Of a DNA stretch of 35,763 bases, positions 20,074 to 28,327 are shown piece by piece. The translations under genes were made by a program, and so were the position numbers. Every line of letters starts with the position of its first letter. Positions within the stretch are counted from its first letter, which is position 1. The notes under the pieces were generated by a model. It was not told the origin of the DNA. It worked only from the letters and a program-made list of their open reading frames with translations, and made no database searches. The stretch lies in UHGV virus genome UHGV-0260253; one strand, 5' to 3'. The stretch is from a virus.

Positions 20074-21126
20074 TTATTTCCCCACCAGTTCACTTACCTC
20101 TTTCACCGTCTGATTAAACCGCTCTGACTCAAGTTCAACACCTAACGCCCGACGCCCCAGCGCCATTGCTGCTTTTATTGTGGAACCGGATCCCATAAAG
20201 AAATCAGCAACCAGATCGCCTGGTCGACTACTGGCATTGATTATTTGCCGGAGCATATCCGCCGGTTTCTCGCACGGATGTTTACCCGGATAGAACTGAA
20301 CGGGCTTATGCGTCCAGACATCGGTATAAGGCACGGAGACTGATACGGAGAAATAGCGCCGGAGTGATTTAAACTCATCCAGCAATTCAGAATATTTGCG
20401 ATTCAGTGAATCATAAGATGCCACCAGCTGGTGGTGTGGTTGTTCCAGTTGCTGTTCCTGAAACTTCTCTGCCGCTATACGGGAAAACAGTGCCTGTAAC
20501 TTCCGGTAGTCAGCCTCATTCGGCAACTGCCACTGACTGGCACCAAACCAGTGGGAAACCATATTTTTCTTACCTGTGGCTTCGGCAATTTGTTTTGCCG
20601 TTATACCCAGTTCGGCACGAGCATTCCTGAAATACGATATCAGCGGTGCCATTATGTGCTGTTTGAGTTCCCTTTCTTTTGCCGCATAGCCGTCACTTTT
20701 GCCACGATATGGCCCATGGTAATGTTCAGCAAACAGAACGCGCTCTGTGGCAGGAAAATATGCACGCAGACTTTCTTTATTACACCCATTCCAACGTCCG
20801 GACGGCTTCGCCCAGATGATATGGTTAAGCACGTTGAAACGTTCACGCATCATGATCTCAATATCAGATGCCAGGCGATGTCCACAGAACAGGTAAAGGC
20901 TTCCGGCAGGTTTCAGCACCCGCCAGAACTGGGCCAGACAGTGATCCAGCCACTTAAGGTAATCTTCGTCCCCTTTCCACTGATTGTCCCAACCGTTGGG
21001 TTTCACCTTGAAGTACGGCGGATCGGTAACAATCAGGTCAATGGAATCATCAGGCAGGGACTGAATAAAATGCAGGCAATCAGCGTTGATTAAATCAACA
21101 CTGTTTATTTTTACAGTATTTTTCAT
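20074..21126 (-). CDS. DNA methyltransferase (N6-adenine/N4-cytosine class, DPPY motif)
   Basis: 350 aa; motif IV LIVTDPPYF near N-terminus and motif I FFMGSGST near C-terminus (beta-class order). Confidence 0.85.
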   Translation of the reverse strand: MKNTVKINSVDLINADCLHFIQSLPDDSIDLIVTDPPYFKVKPNGWDNQWKGDEDYLKWLDHCLAQFWRVLKPAGSLYLFCGHRLASDIEIMMRERFNVLNHIIWAKPSGRWNGCNKESLRAYFPATERVLFAEHYHGPYRGKSDGYAAKERELKQHIMAPLISYFRNARAELGITAKQIAEATGKKNMVSHWFGASQWQLPNEADYRKLQALFSRIAAEKFQEQQLEQPHHQLVASYDSLNRKYSELLDEFKSLRRYFSVSVSVPYTDVWTHKPVQFYPGKHPCEKPADMLRQIINASSRPGDLVADFFMGSGSTIKAAMALGRRALGVELESERFNQTVKEVSELVGK

Positions 21127-21275
21127 GGATCAGTAAGCGTAACTCTGGTAGGCTCACTCTGCTTTTGCGCTAAAGCAGTGGGCCGTGGTTCGCTTGTGAC
21201 CAGTAAGCATGAGCGAATGGCTGGCAGGTGCTACCAACACCCACCAGCCGCCCATTTTCACAAATTAAAAGTCCT

Positions 21276-21470
21276 TCATTGCTGAAGGCGTCTGTAACAG
21301 CCGAACTGGTAATCTGCCAGCCCCGCCATAACCAACTGGGTCAGTATTAACTGACAGCGTTCGCGTGAAAGATATGTGTTTTGTGCAATCTCCCCGACTG
21401 TTGCCGGTTCGATGCTTAATTCATTAAAAACAACTTTCGCCGTTTCTGTCATATCTTGCTGTTTTAGCAT
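21276..21470 (-). CDS. Small hypothetical protein (64 aa), possible winged-helix
   Basis: Start chosen at internal ATG 21468-21470 with AAGGA SD; the longer ORF lacks an SD. Confidence 0.35.
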   Translation of the reverse strand: MLKQQDMTETAKVVFNELSIEPATVGEIAQNTYLSRERCQLILTQLVMAGLADYQFGCYRRLQQ

Positions 21471-21586
21471 GCCTTTTTCCTTCTGGTTAACATGACATAC
21501 CAATAACTCTTGTCTAAAAAGCCAGCAAGATAAAAAGTCAGTATTCACGACCACCAGCGTGTTTACCGAACTGCCAACATCAAGGC

Positions 21587-21612
21587 ACAAAAAAACCCGC
21601 TCAGCGGCGGGT
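21587..21612 (-). terminator. tR'-like terminator downstream of late promoter
   Basis: ACCCGC-CGCTGA-GCGGGT hairpin followed by TTTTTTT on the minus strand. Confidence 0.6.
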
Positions 21613-21659
21613 TCTTAAATCTTATCAACGGTAGACATACAAAGCCCATCGTTGGAAAA

Positions 21660-21688
21660 ATCTTATCCATATTTTTTGAAAAATGCAA
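21660..21688 (-). promoter_or_regulatory. Late promoter pR'-like
   Basis: Minus strand TTGCAT-N17-TAAGAT, 32 nt downstream of the Q stop and about 60 nt upstream of the terminator. Confidence 0.5.
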
Positions 21689-21719
21689 GCATTATGTCGC
21701 CATCTTCGGCGAAAATCAT

Positions 21720-22472
21720 TTATCTCGTCACTTTTCTTAATTGCGCCTCAGCATATGCTTCTTCCTGCCAGCACTTTGTAACCAGTTTATCAATGACATC
21801 TGCATATCCTTTGTACCACTGATAATCTGTCAGGTCTGGTACCAGCTTCTGGACATGATGCCGCGCCAGTGTGGTTGGTAAACGGCTAAACCGGTTTCCA
21901 TTGCAACGCCCACAAATCTTATAAACAGGCGTGCCATGAAGCCGGGTCCTTTTTTCATCCAGGACAATACCTTTACCCTTACACCCTCTGCACGCTGTGC
22001 TGACTTCTCCCTTACCATGACAATGCTGACATAGTTCCTTCACCCACTCTTCCTTGATAACAGATTCCCCGCTTCTGGAGTGTTTCACCACTTCGCGCAA
22101 TACATTATGAAATCCAGTACCAGCACAATGCTCACAGCGAGCCTTACTTGCCGCAGACCTGGAATAATCAGCAAAGGCAAAATTCACAAGGTAAGGGATG
22201 ATCTGTAACCGGGTTTCTTCACTCAATTTATTCAATGTCGGGTTATCCAGTGCCATCGCGTAATTGAGCAGACCTTCAATCGCAAATTGAGGATCCTGAA
22301 CACCAACTTTTGCCAGGAATAAGGCAAACCCAAGCGGTGCTTTCGACTGCACCATCCCCTGCGCAGCCATCACATCCGTAATCGTTAAACCACCTGAGCC
22401 TGTCGCCGGTGCGTCATCGCTCAATTTTGGAGATTTCGGGGAGTAATATTTTGGTAAGGCTTCAAGGTTCAT
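21720..22472 (-). CDS. Late antiterminator Q (QuuD-like)
   Basis: Start at internal ATG 22470-22472 (MNLEALPKYYSPKSPK...); position immediately upstream of pR'/lysis genes. Contains four CxxCxGxG repeats. Confidence 0.75.
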   Translation of the reverse strand: MNLEALPKYYSPKSPKLSDDAPATGSGGLTITDVMAAQGMVQSKAPLGFALFLAKVGVQDPQFAIEGLLNYAMALDNPTLNKLSEETRLQIIPYLVNFAFADYSRSAASKARCEHCAGTGFHNVLREVVKHSRSGESVIKEEWVKELCQHCHGKGEVSTACRGCKGKGIVLDEKRTRLHGTPVYKICGRCNGNRFSRLPTTLARHHVQKLVPDLTDYQWYKGYADVIDKLVTKCWQEEAYAEAQLRKVTR

Positions 22473-22485
22473 GCTCGTTCTCCAC

Positions 22486-23481
22486 TTACGCCAATACGCC
22501 AATTGCCAGCGCACGATCGATAAAACGAAATATCAGCTCCAGCTGAGAGCCATACTTCTCTTCAAATGCCACGGTATCCGCATGCAGCTCGTCGTGATGC
22601 TTTCTGCACAAAGGCAACACAAAGAGGTCATGCGCTTTTGTACCCATTCCACCCTGACCGTGGCCTATCAGGTGGTGGGGATCATCAGCAGGCTTTCCAC
22701 AACATGCACACGGCTGTGTCTTAACCCAGCGCGTGTACTTTTCATTAACCCAGCGGCGGCGTTTTGGGCGTAACATAAAAGACTCCGGCGACTCCGGATC
22801 CACTTTCAGCGCCAGCACCTTTTTCGCTTTATCCTGGATGATGCTGGTGGCAGGAACCGAAGGCACAAGGTCACTTTCCCGGGTGACAGACGGCACAACA
22901 GGTTTCGGTAATCTCAGCGCCTTACGGGCTGCGCTTTCAGGTAAGGCATCCGCCAGGTCATTACGAATCAGCCACCAGCACAGTTCCGGCATTGTCACGG
23001 CATGGTTATCATCAAAACCGAGATCCCGACGGACTACAGACAACACCCAGCGGGCACAGTTATCCGTTGCCATTGATTCCAGCCGTTCCGTGAACTGATC
23101 GCGCAGCTGGTTATCGCAGTGCCAGCACAGACGGATTGCGCCCGGAGCGTGTCGCATTGTGGTCATGTTCTCGCTGTGCCAGTCGGAATGAGGCCACTGG
23201 CAGCCTTTTTCACGAAGTAACCAGCTTTCAAGACATTCCACGCCACCAGCACGACGGATCACTGCCTCATTGCGGAACACGGCCCGAACGGCAGGATCAT
23301 CCGCCAGCGGTTGTGATGCCGCCGGAACGGCACCACTGGCGAAAGATGAATAACGTTCCGGCTCAGGCTCCAGCAGGACACGCCCCTGCATAAACAGGGG
23401 CATCAGCTCTGAACCTGGCCTGAACAATACGATCCCCATACGCGGGGCAATTTCAGGAGTCAGTAGTGCTCTCACGGTCAC
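22486..23481 (-). CDS. DUF968-like protein with C-terminal Ref/HNH-like nuclease motif
   Basis: 331 aa; C-terminus CACCGKPADDPHHLIGHGQGGMGTKAHDLFVLPLCRKHHDELH. Confidence 0.55.
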   Translation of the reverse strand: MTVRALLTPEIAPRMGIVLFRPGSELMPLFMQGRVLLEPEPERYSSFASGAVPAASQPLADDPAVRAVFRNEAVIRRAGGVECLESWLLREKGCQWPHSDWHSENMTTMRHAPGAIRLCWHCDNQLRDQFTERLESMATDNCARWVLSVVRRDLGFDDNHAVTMPELCWWLIRNDLADALPESAARKALRLPKPVVPSVTRESDLVPSVPATSIIQDKAKKVLALKVDPESPESFMLRPKRRRWVNEKYTRWVKTQPCACCGKPADDPHHLIGHGQGGMGTKAHDLFVLPLCRKHHDELHADTVAFEEKYGSQLELIFRFIDRALAIGVLA

Positions 23482-23482
23482 C

Positions 23483-24292
23483 TCAATGAACGGTATCGAG
23501 CAGCTTTAACAGCTCAGGGAATCGGGATTCGAAGAAATGCGGCTGCGTCTCACGCGGATTTGCCGGACTGGTGATGTTCTTGCCGAACATGCAGCCTTTC
23601 GCCGTCAGCGACCAGAATTTTTTGATGTTATTAATCGCGGTACGGCTGTATCGTTCGCGCTGTTCGACGATCCCCAGTTTCACCATCTGGTGATATGCCT
23701 GATTAGCCGTCAGGCGGATACCATACTGCTTCAGCAGTGCACTCAGTGACAGCGTAGGGCGACTTGAGCCATCGGGTGCATCGGCAGGAGCATCAATTGC
23801 ATAGCGCGGAGCCAGATTCGGTAAGCCAACAGCCTCCTGGAGTTTCTGACAAGCCCCAAGCACAGATGAGTTAGACAGGTTTAATTCCCGACGCATAAAG
23901 TCCAGCAGAATCACACCAGCCTGCATCTTGTCAGCAGCCTGCCCGGATAATTTTTCCGGTGCGCTGGTTACCATATCGAAAGTACGGATCACCTTCAGAT
24001 GGAATGACGGGCTGATCCACATTGCATAGGCATACACCAGTTCCTTGCAGACATACGTTCCCCGTTCATTTCCCCCATGAATCACACTCACCGGGTCAAC
24101 ACCCAAATTCTGGGTGTTGGTCAATTCATGAACAAGCTCAACAGTTTGTTGGCTGGAAAGAAACTTTCCTGGCTCCTTGGTTCTGGCATTTGCACCAGAT
24201 GCTACTGCTGCGCGATGCAGATCGTTCAGGCTGTAACGTCCATAAGCATCACGACGAACTTCAATACCATCAATGACCATCAGATTATTCAT
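23483..24292 (-). CDS. KilA-N domain protein (putative antirepressor-like)
   Basis: 269 aa; N-terminal region resembles KilA-N/Bro-N type DNA-binding domain; nin-region position. Confidence 0.5.
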   Translation of the reverse strand: MNNLMVIDGIEVRRDAYGRYSLNDLHRAAVASGANARTKEPGKFLSSQQTVELVHELTNTQNLGVDPVSVIHGGNERGTYVCKELVYAYAMWISPSFHLKVIRTFDMVTSAPEKLSGQAADKMQAGVILLDFMRRELNLSNSSVLGACQKLQEAVGLPNLAPRYAIDAPADAPDGSSRPTLSLSALLKQYGIRLTANQAYHQMVKLGIVEQRERYSRTAINNIKKFWSLTAKGCMFGKNITSPANPRETQPHFFESRFPELLKLLDTVH

Positions 24293-24311
24293 ACTTCGTT
24301 TCTCCTCTTAA

Positions 24312-24701
24312 TCAGGCGGCTGCACCCGCCGGTTTCTCATACTTACTGATAGTGATCTCGACCTTCCCTTTCGGGATAACCGGTCCCCACTCCACCAGCA
24401 TTCTTTTCACCTGTCTGTCGTCTTCCCACACACCCGCGTGGGTCAGGGCGTCAAACAGCGCCTTGTTATAGTTGTCCAGATCGCGGATCCGGTTATCCGG
24501 AGGAAACAACACGATCTCCACTGAAGCAGGTGCCGACGTTGGTTTCGGCAGACGACGTAACTGCTCAACTATTGCTGCGCACGCCGCGCTCTGAAATTTT
24601 CGCCCCGCCTCGCTTATCAGGCTCTTACCAGCAAATGCCCCTTTGTTGGGGTGTCGCCAGTACGTGTTCACACTGGGCGGGAAAGGCAGGATCAGCTTCA
24701 T
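24312..24701 (-). CDS. rusA: Holliday junction resolvase RusA
   Basis: 129 aa beginning MKLILPFPPSVNTYWRH, with RIRDLDNYNKALFDALT - classic RusA signature. Confidence 0.9.
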   Translation of the reverse strand: MKLILPFPPSVNTYWRHPNKGAFAGKSLISEAGRKFQSAACAAIVEQLRRLPKPTSAPASVEIVLFPPDNRIRDLDNYNKALFDALTHAGVWEDDRQVKRMLVEWGPVIPKGKVEITISKYEKPAGAAA

Positions 24702-25024
24702 ACTTTCAGGCCTCTCTCATGTAACCAGTGAGTTGCACGCAGCCTTGCGTTTTCCTCACCGGCAAGCAGTGCGCGGATAATCCCGACCGCCTCGCTGTCG
24801 TCGTCCTTCACCGCGGTATGAAGCGTTATCCCCCGGGCCACGCCACGCTTTATCGTGATGACGCCTTTTTTCTCCAGTGCGCGAAGATGCTCCACCGCTG
24901 CATTCACTGAACGGTATCCCAGCATGGTTGCCACCTCCTGATTGGTTGGCGGGAAGCCACGTTCTTTCTGATAAGAAATCAGCATATCCAGCACCTGCTG
25001 CTGGCATTGAGTTAACGTCGTCAT
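24698..25024 (-). CDS. LexA N-terminal DNA-binding-domain protein (no peptidase domain)
   Basis: 108 aa; LTQCQQQVLDMLISYQKERGFPPTNQEVATMLGYRSVNAAVEHLRALEKKGVI aligns with the E. coli LexA N-terminal winged helix as recalled. No S24 Ser/Lys motifs. Confidence 0.7.
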   Translation of the reverse strand: MTTLTQCQQQVLDMLISYQKERGFPPTNQEVATMLGYRSVNAAVEHLRALEKKGVITIKRGVARGITLHTAVKDDDSEAVGIIRALLAGEENARLRATHWLHERGLKV

Positions 25025-25674
25025 GCCGCCATCTCCCTGACCAGTTTTTCTGCCTGCTGGCGAACCTGCGCCAGAAAGGCCTCACCACATGCCTCAAGTT
25101 CATCGCGCCCGATGTAGCTGATTGCCGGTCCCTTCCAGGTCTTGTCGAAAACAGCAATAGCACCAGCGAAGAAAGCGCCTGTCGGCACCTGCTTCTCATC
25201 CTTCGGGATAAACCAGGCAGGCAGTTCAAAACCAATACGCCCGCGAATAAAAGCAATATGATCTGCATCTTCCGGCCACCACACTTCGCTGGTGGCAGCT
25301 TTGATCAGGAAAACATAGCGCCCGCCTTTATCACGCATGGCACTGGCATGCTTCATGATGTAACGCATGCCGGTGATGTATTGCCCCTCATGCTGACTGG
25401 CGCGGCTGTATGGGGGATTACCAAAGGCAGCACCTTTAAGCTCCGCAAGGCGTTCTGACCAGTCATGCGCCAGCGCGTTGTCTTCCGCCGTGTAATACGC
25501 AGCACATTTGGCGTTATCACCGTCAGTGAACAGATCCAGAACAAACGGGCCAAACAGGGTGTTAATTCCCCAGAAAATGTTGTCCGGCGTGCGCCACTGA
25601 TCGCCCACTTCCTTCAGTTCATGGGCTGGTTTGTTCCGCAGTTCCACCAGCGCCTGGCAATATTTATTACTCAT
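25021..25674 (-). CDS. Phage Dam-like DNA N6-adenine methyltransferase
   Basis: Start at ATG 25672-25674 (MSNKYCQ...), TAATG-coupled to upstream gene; NPPY motif (AFGNPPYS). Confidence 0.8.
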   Translation of the reverse strand: MSNKYCQALVELRNKPAHELKEVGDQWRTPDNIFWGINTLFGPFVLDLFTDGDNAKCAAYYTAEDNALAHDWSERLAELKGAAFGNPPYSRASQHEGQYITGMRYIMKHASAMRDKGGRYVFLIKAATSEVWWPEDADHIAFIRGRIGFELPAWFIPKDEKQVPTGAFFAGAIAVFDKTWKGPAISYIGRDELEACGEAFLAQVRQQAEKLVREMAA

Positions 25675-26168
25675 TAAGCCCCCACGTAATTCCCTGAGAG
25701 ATACCACTCTTCACCTGATGCAGCCCGCTTACTGCTTTTCCGTAAACACCGTTCACGACGCGCCAGAAAATTGTTTCGTTCTGGCTGGGAGTGGCTTTCA
25801 CGGAATGCCGCCATCCACACCGTTGCAGCACGACGGTATAAGCCCCTGGACTCCAGTTCTTCCGCCTGGCGGGTCAGGCACAAAATCACCCGCGGGTCGT
25901 TAGTGCCGACATAGAAATTGCGCACAGGTCTGGTTTCACGAACTGGTTGTGGTTCCGGATCCTGCGCTCTCTCAGTCAGGCGCGGGAAATGTCTGCGTGT
26001 ATCTCCTTCACAACGGTGAGCCACACGCCCACTCTGACGTAACTTGCTTGCTGACTGCAGAACGCGCTGCCGTGAGTAACCAGCAAAAGCATCCGCAATG
26101 TCTCCGGAAGTACACCCCGGATGGGCTTCAATGAATTTCTGAACTTCATTCAAAAGACTCATAATCAC
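25674..26168 (-). CDS. Hypothetical protein with PerC-like C-terminal region
   Basis: 164 aa; ESRGLYRRAATVWMAAF resembles the PerC-family core as recalled; ATGA overlap with O-like gene. Confidence 0.4.
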   Translation of the reverse strand: MIMSLLNEVQKFIEAHPGCTSGDIADAFAGYSRQRVLQSASKLRQSGRVAHRCEGDTRRHFPRLTERAQDPEPQPVRETRPVRNFYVGTNDPRVILCLTRQAEELESRGLYRRAATVWMAAFRESHSQPERNNFLARRERCLRKSSKRAASGEEWYLSGNYVGA

Positions 26169-27106
26169 CCCCTGAATCCTGCCGGGATCTGGCTGTAGTC
26201 CACGTTGTCGTAACTGGATTTGAAGTACGGGTCTTCGCGTTTTTCGGTGTACGTGCTTACGGACGGCGATAAGCGCAGGGAAAGCTCATCCCATTTTTCC
26301 CGCAGCTTCGACGGGCTGAGCACGTTACGGCACCAGAACGGATCGCGGCTGACGCGGCTGTACATCTCGCAGATTTGTTTGTGAGTACGACCATCCTGCA
26401 CACACATCAGGCGAATTTCGTTTGCCCAGGCTGTCCAGTTTGGTTCTTTGGGACGAACCACCTCGCCGTCACATTCGGCGGCCTGCTCGTACAGGGCGAT
26501 GATTTTTTTCCAGAGCCACTGTGCACAGGTCAAATCATCCTGCGTTCCCCACTGGCGCTTTTTAGGGCTGAATACAACCGCATCAGGATGGCGAGTTAAA
26601 AAATCCTGTTCAGCCTTCTGCGTGTCCGGTTGCGAAGCGTCCGGACGAGAAGTTTTTTTATCTGACGGATCATGTTTTGATTTTACTGACGGATCCCCGC
26701 CAGATTCTGACGGGTGAAAACCCGCTTTTTTGCCAGATTTCGACGCATCAAATTTTGACGGGTCAGATTTTGATGCGTCAGATTTTGACGGGTCAGAATC
26801 TGACAGTTGAGAAAGTGCCGCTGCCTGAAGCTTTGCAACGTTAAGCTGATAGACGTTCGACGCATTGCGGTTACCCTGGCGACGCGCCTTACGCGTTAAC
26901 CAGCCTTCTGCTTCCAGCCGTGCGATAGCCGTTCTTACAGTACTCACCCCTGCGCCAATCTGGCGGGCAATGGTTTCAATTGATGGCCAGCACACACCTT
27001 CGTCATTACTGAAATCAGCCAGGCGGGCCATAATTGCCACGCTGGATAATTTCATGCCTGACGCTGCGCAACCATCCCATACATAGCCGGTTAATTTAGT
27101 GCTCAT
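26165..27106 (-). CDS. Replication initiator, O-like (N-terminal wHTH; iterons inside gene)
   Basis: 313 aa; N-terminal HTH region VSTVRTAIARLEAEGWLTRKA; central low-complexity DPSKSDASKSDPSKFDASKS encoded by the iteron array. Confidence 0.7.
   Translation of the reverse strand: MSTKLTGYVWDGCAASGMKLSSVAIMARLADFSNDEGVCWPSIETIARQIGAGVSTVRTAIARLEAEGWLTRKARRQGNRNASNVYQLNVAKLQAAALSQLSDSDPSKSDASKSDPSKFDASKSGKKAGFHPSESGGDPSVKSKHDPSDKKTSRPDASQPDTQKAEQDFLTRHPDAVVFSPKKRQWGTQDDLTCAQWLWKKIIALYEQAAECDGEVVRPKEPNWTAWANEIRLMCVQDGRTHKQICEMYSRVSRDPFWCRNVLSPSKLREKWDELSLRLSPSVSTYTEKREDPYFKSSYDNVDYSQIPAGFRG
26660..26808. repeat. Iteron array (candidate replication origin) with adjacent AT-rich stretch
   Basis: Eight copies of T(C/T)TGACGG-type motif at 26661, 26685, 26706, 26739, 26755, 26770, 26785, 26799; four tight 15-bp units TCAGATTTTGACGGG from 26747 to 26808. 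Confidence 0.65.
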
Positions 27107-27115
27107 GACCGACCT

Positions 27116-27454
27116 CTATTTCCCTGAATTTACGACGAAACTGTTCGAGCGGACTGAAGCATTCATGCTCATAACCTTCGCGGAGGTAGATAACCCGTTG
27201 TGTTTCCGGCTCCCAACGAATGACTCTGACGGGCACTCCGTAGTGATCTTTGAACCAGCGGTTAACTTGTCGCAAAGGACCGTCTCCTTCTGCCGGTTGA
27301 AATCACCCACAGCCCACTCTGCAAAGCTGTGGGTTACAATTTCCCTGTCACCTGGTACATTCACTGCATAGCAATATTCCACCTTCGCTTTTCCACCCGG
27401 TACAGGAAGCGCAATCAGTTGCGAGCGACGGTAGTGTGTTGTTAAACTGTTCAT
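27116..27454 (-). CDS. Hypothetical early-operon protein (112 aa)
   Basis: ATGA overlap with upstream gene, ends 9 nt before O-like start. Confidence 0.4.
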   Translation of the reverse strand: MNSLTTHYRRSQLIALPVPGGKAKVEYCYAVNVPGDREIVTHSFAEWAVGDFNRQKETVLCDKLTAGSKITTECPSESFVGSRKHNGLSTSAKVMSMNASVRSNSFVVNSGK

Positions 27455-28020
27455 GCGTTAGTTTCTCCACAACCAGAAGCAATCGACGCCACGACGCCCG
27501 GAGCTGCACACTCGCGGGCGTCATTACTTTCTGAAATGCAAAAAATTTTGTAGACAAGTGCTGCATGCTCCTGCAGCTTCGAAATTGAGAGATACAGCTC
27601 GTCGTTAATTGCTGTCTTCTCATGCGGTTCCACTACACCGTCTTCGATTGCTGAACGAATCTGTTTTGAATAACTGCCGATCTGTTCAATGACTTCCAGC
27701 AGACGCTGGTTAATATCGGCGTTGTCCACATCCTCGACGTCAGGAAGCGACACAAAGACGCCATTTGCAGACTGCGCCACAGCATCAGCAATGAAGTGAG
27801 TGCCACCAGCACGCTGTAAAACCATTGCCCATCCCAGCGGGAAAATCTGATCGCCATCTGCACGAAGGCGGTTGAATAAAGCGTTTTCTGTTACATCGAG
27901 CCAGTCAGCCGCTTCAGCGTAACCACCCGGCAACGCCGCGATAGTTTTTCTGACAGCTTTCACGTACCACTCAGGCTGTTTTTCTATTTTCCAGTGATGC
28001 TTACCCACGATTAGCCTCAT
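27451..28020 (-). CDS. Putative CII-like / YdaT-like regulatory protein
   Basis: 189 aa directly downstream of cro-like gene; family assignment from memory only. Confidence 0.4.
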   Translation of the reverse strand: MRLIVGKHHWKIEKQPEWYVKAVRKTIAALPGGYAEAADWLDVTENALFNRLRADGDQIFPLGWAMVLQRAGGTHFIADAVAQSANGVFVSLPDVEDVDNADINQRLLEVIEQIGSYSKQIRSAIEDGVVEPHEKTAINDELYLSISKLQEHAALVYKIFCISESNDARECAAPGVVASIASGCGETNA

Positions 28021-28051
28021 CGTTCTGTGGTTAAAAATTGAAAGTGTTCTG

Positions 28052-28252
28052 CTAATCTTTCGGATAGATATCCGGTCTTAAGTCAGATTTCGTAATTGCA
28101 CCTGACGTGCATTGCTCAAGTTTTTTAGCCAGCACAAAACTGGCTTTTTTATAGCCATTGAAAACCAGCCGTAAGTAGCCAGGTGTTGAGCCAACTTTTC
28201 CGGCCAACTCGCCCTGCTGTTCTTTGGTTAAAGAGTCCCAATACGCTTTCAT
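28052..28252 (-). CDS. Cro-like HTH repressor (YdaS-like)
   Basis: Internal start MKAYWDSLTKEQQGELAGKVGSTPGYLRLVFNG at ATG 28250-28252 with GGAGG SD; longer ORF would overlap cI start and operators. Confidence 0.7.
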   Translation of the reverse strand: MKAYWDSLTKEQQGELAGKVGSTPGYLRLVFNGYKKASFVLAKKLEQCTSGAITKSDLRPDIYPKD

Positions 28253-28257
28253 ACAAT

Positions 28258-28276
28258 ATGTACCTCCGGTATACAT
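28258..28276. promoter_or_regulatory. Operator-like site OR-a (ATGTACC-N7-TACAT)
   Basis: ATGTACCTCCGGTATACAT, inverted arms ATGTA/TACAT; overlaps pR -10 and cro leader; same architecture as the site in the pL-like promoter. Confidence 0.45.
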
Positions 28277-28302
28277 ATTACATGATTGAAATGAACCTTC
28301 AA
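28275..28302 (-). promoter_or_regulatory. pR-like promoter for cro operon
   Basis: Minus strand TTGAAG-N16-TAATAT upstream of cro-like gene. Confidence 0.45.
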
Positions 28303-28306
28303 GATA

Positions 28307-28327
28307 CTTGTACCTTAACGGTACAAG
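28307..28327. promoter_or_regulatory. Operator-like perfect palindrome OR-b
   Basis: CTTGTACC-TTAAC-GGTACAAG, 8-bp perfect inverted arms; overlaps -35 of the pRM-like promoter. Confidence 0.5.

Noticed and set aside
19998-20093. N-terminal extension of the holin ORF (start at 20093)
   Set aside because: Would overlap the 3' end of the methyltransferase gene and lacks an SD; the internal ATG at 19997 has a strong GAGGTGAGAG SD.
21127-21275. Possible tRNA gene between methyltransferase and the small late ORF
   Set aside because: This slot holds tRNAs in some lambdoid phages, but I could not assemble a cloverleaf: no matching acceptor stem and only a GGTTCGAT fragment without a T-arm partner. 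Only a simple hairpin (CTGCTTT-N6-AAAGCAG) is present.
26683-26865. 60-aa minus-strand ORF MRRTSISLTLQ... and plus-strand ORFs 26375..26717
   Set aside because: Generated by the iteron repeats inside the O-like gene in alternative frames; repetitive TRQNL translation is an artefact.
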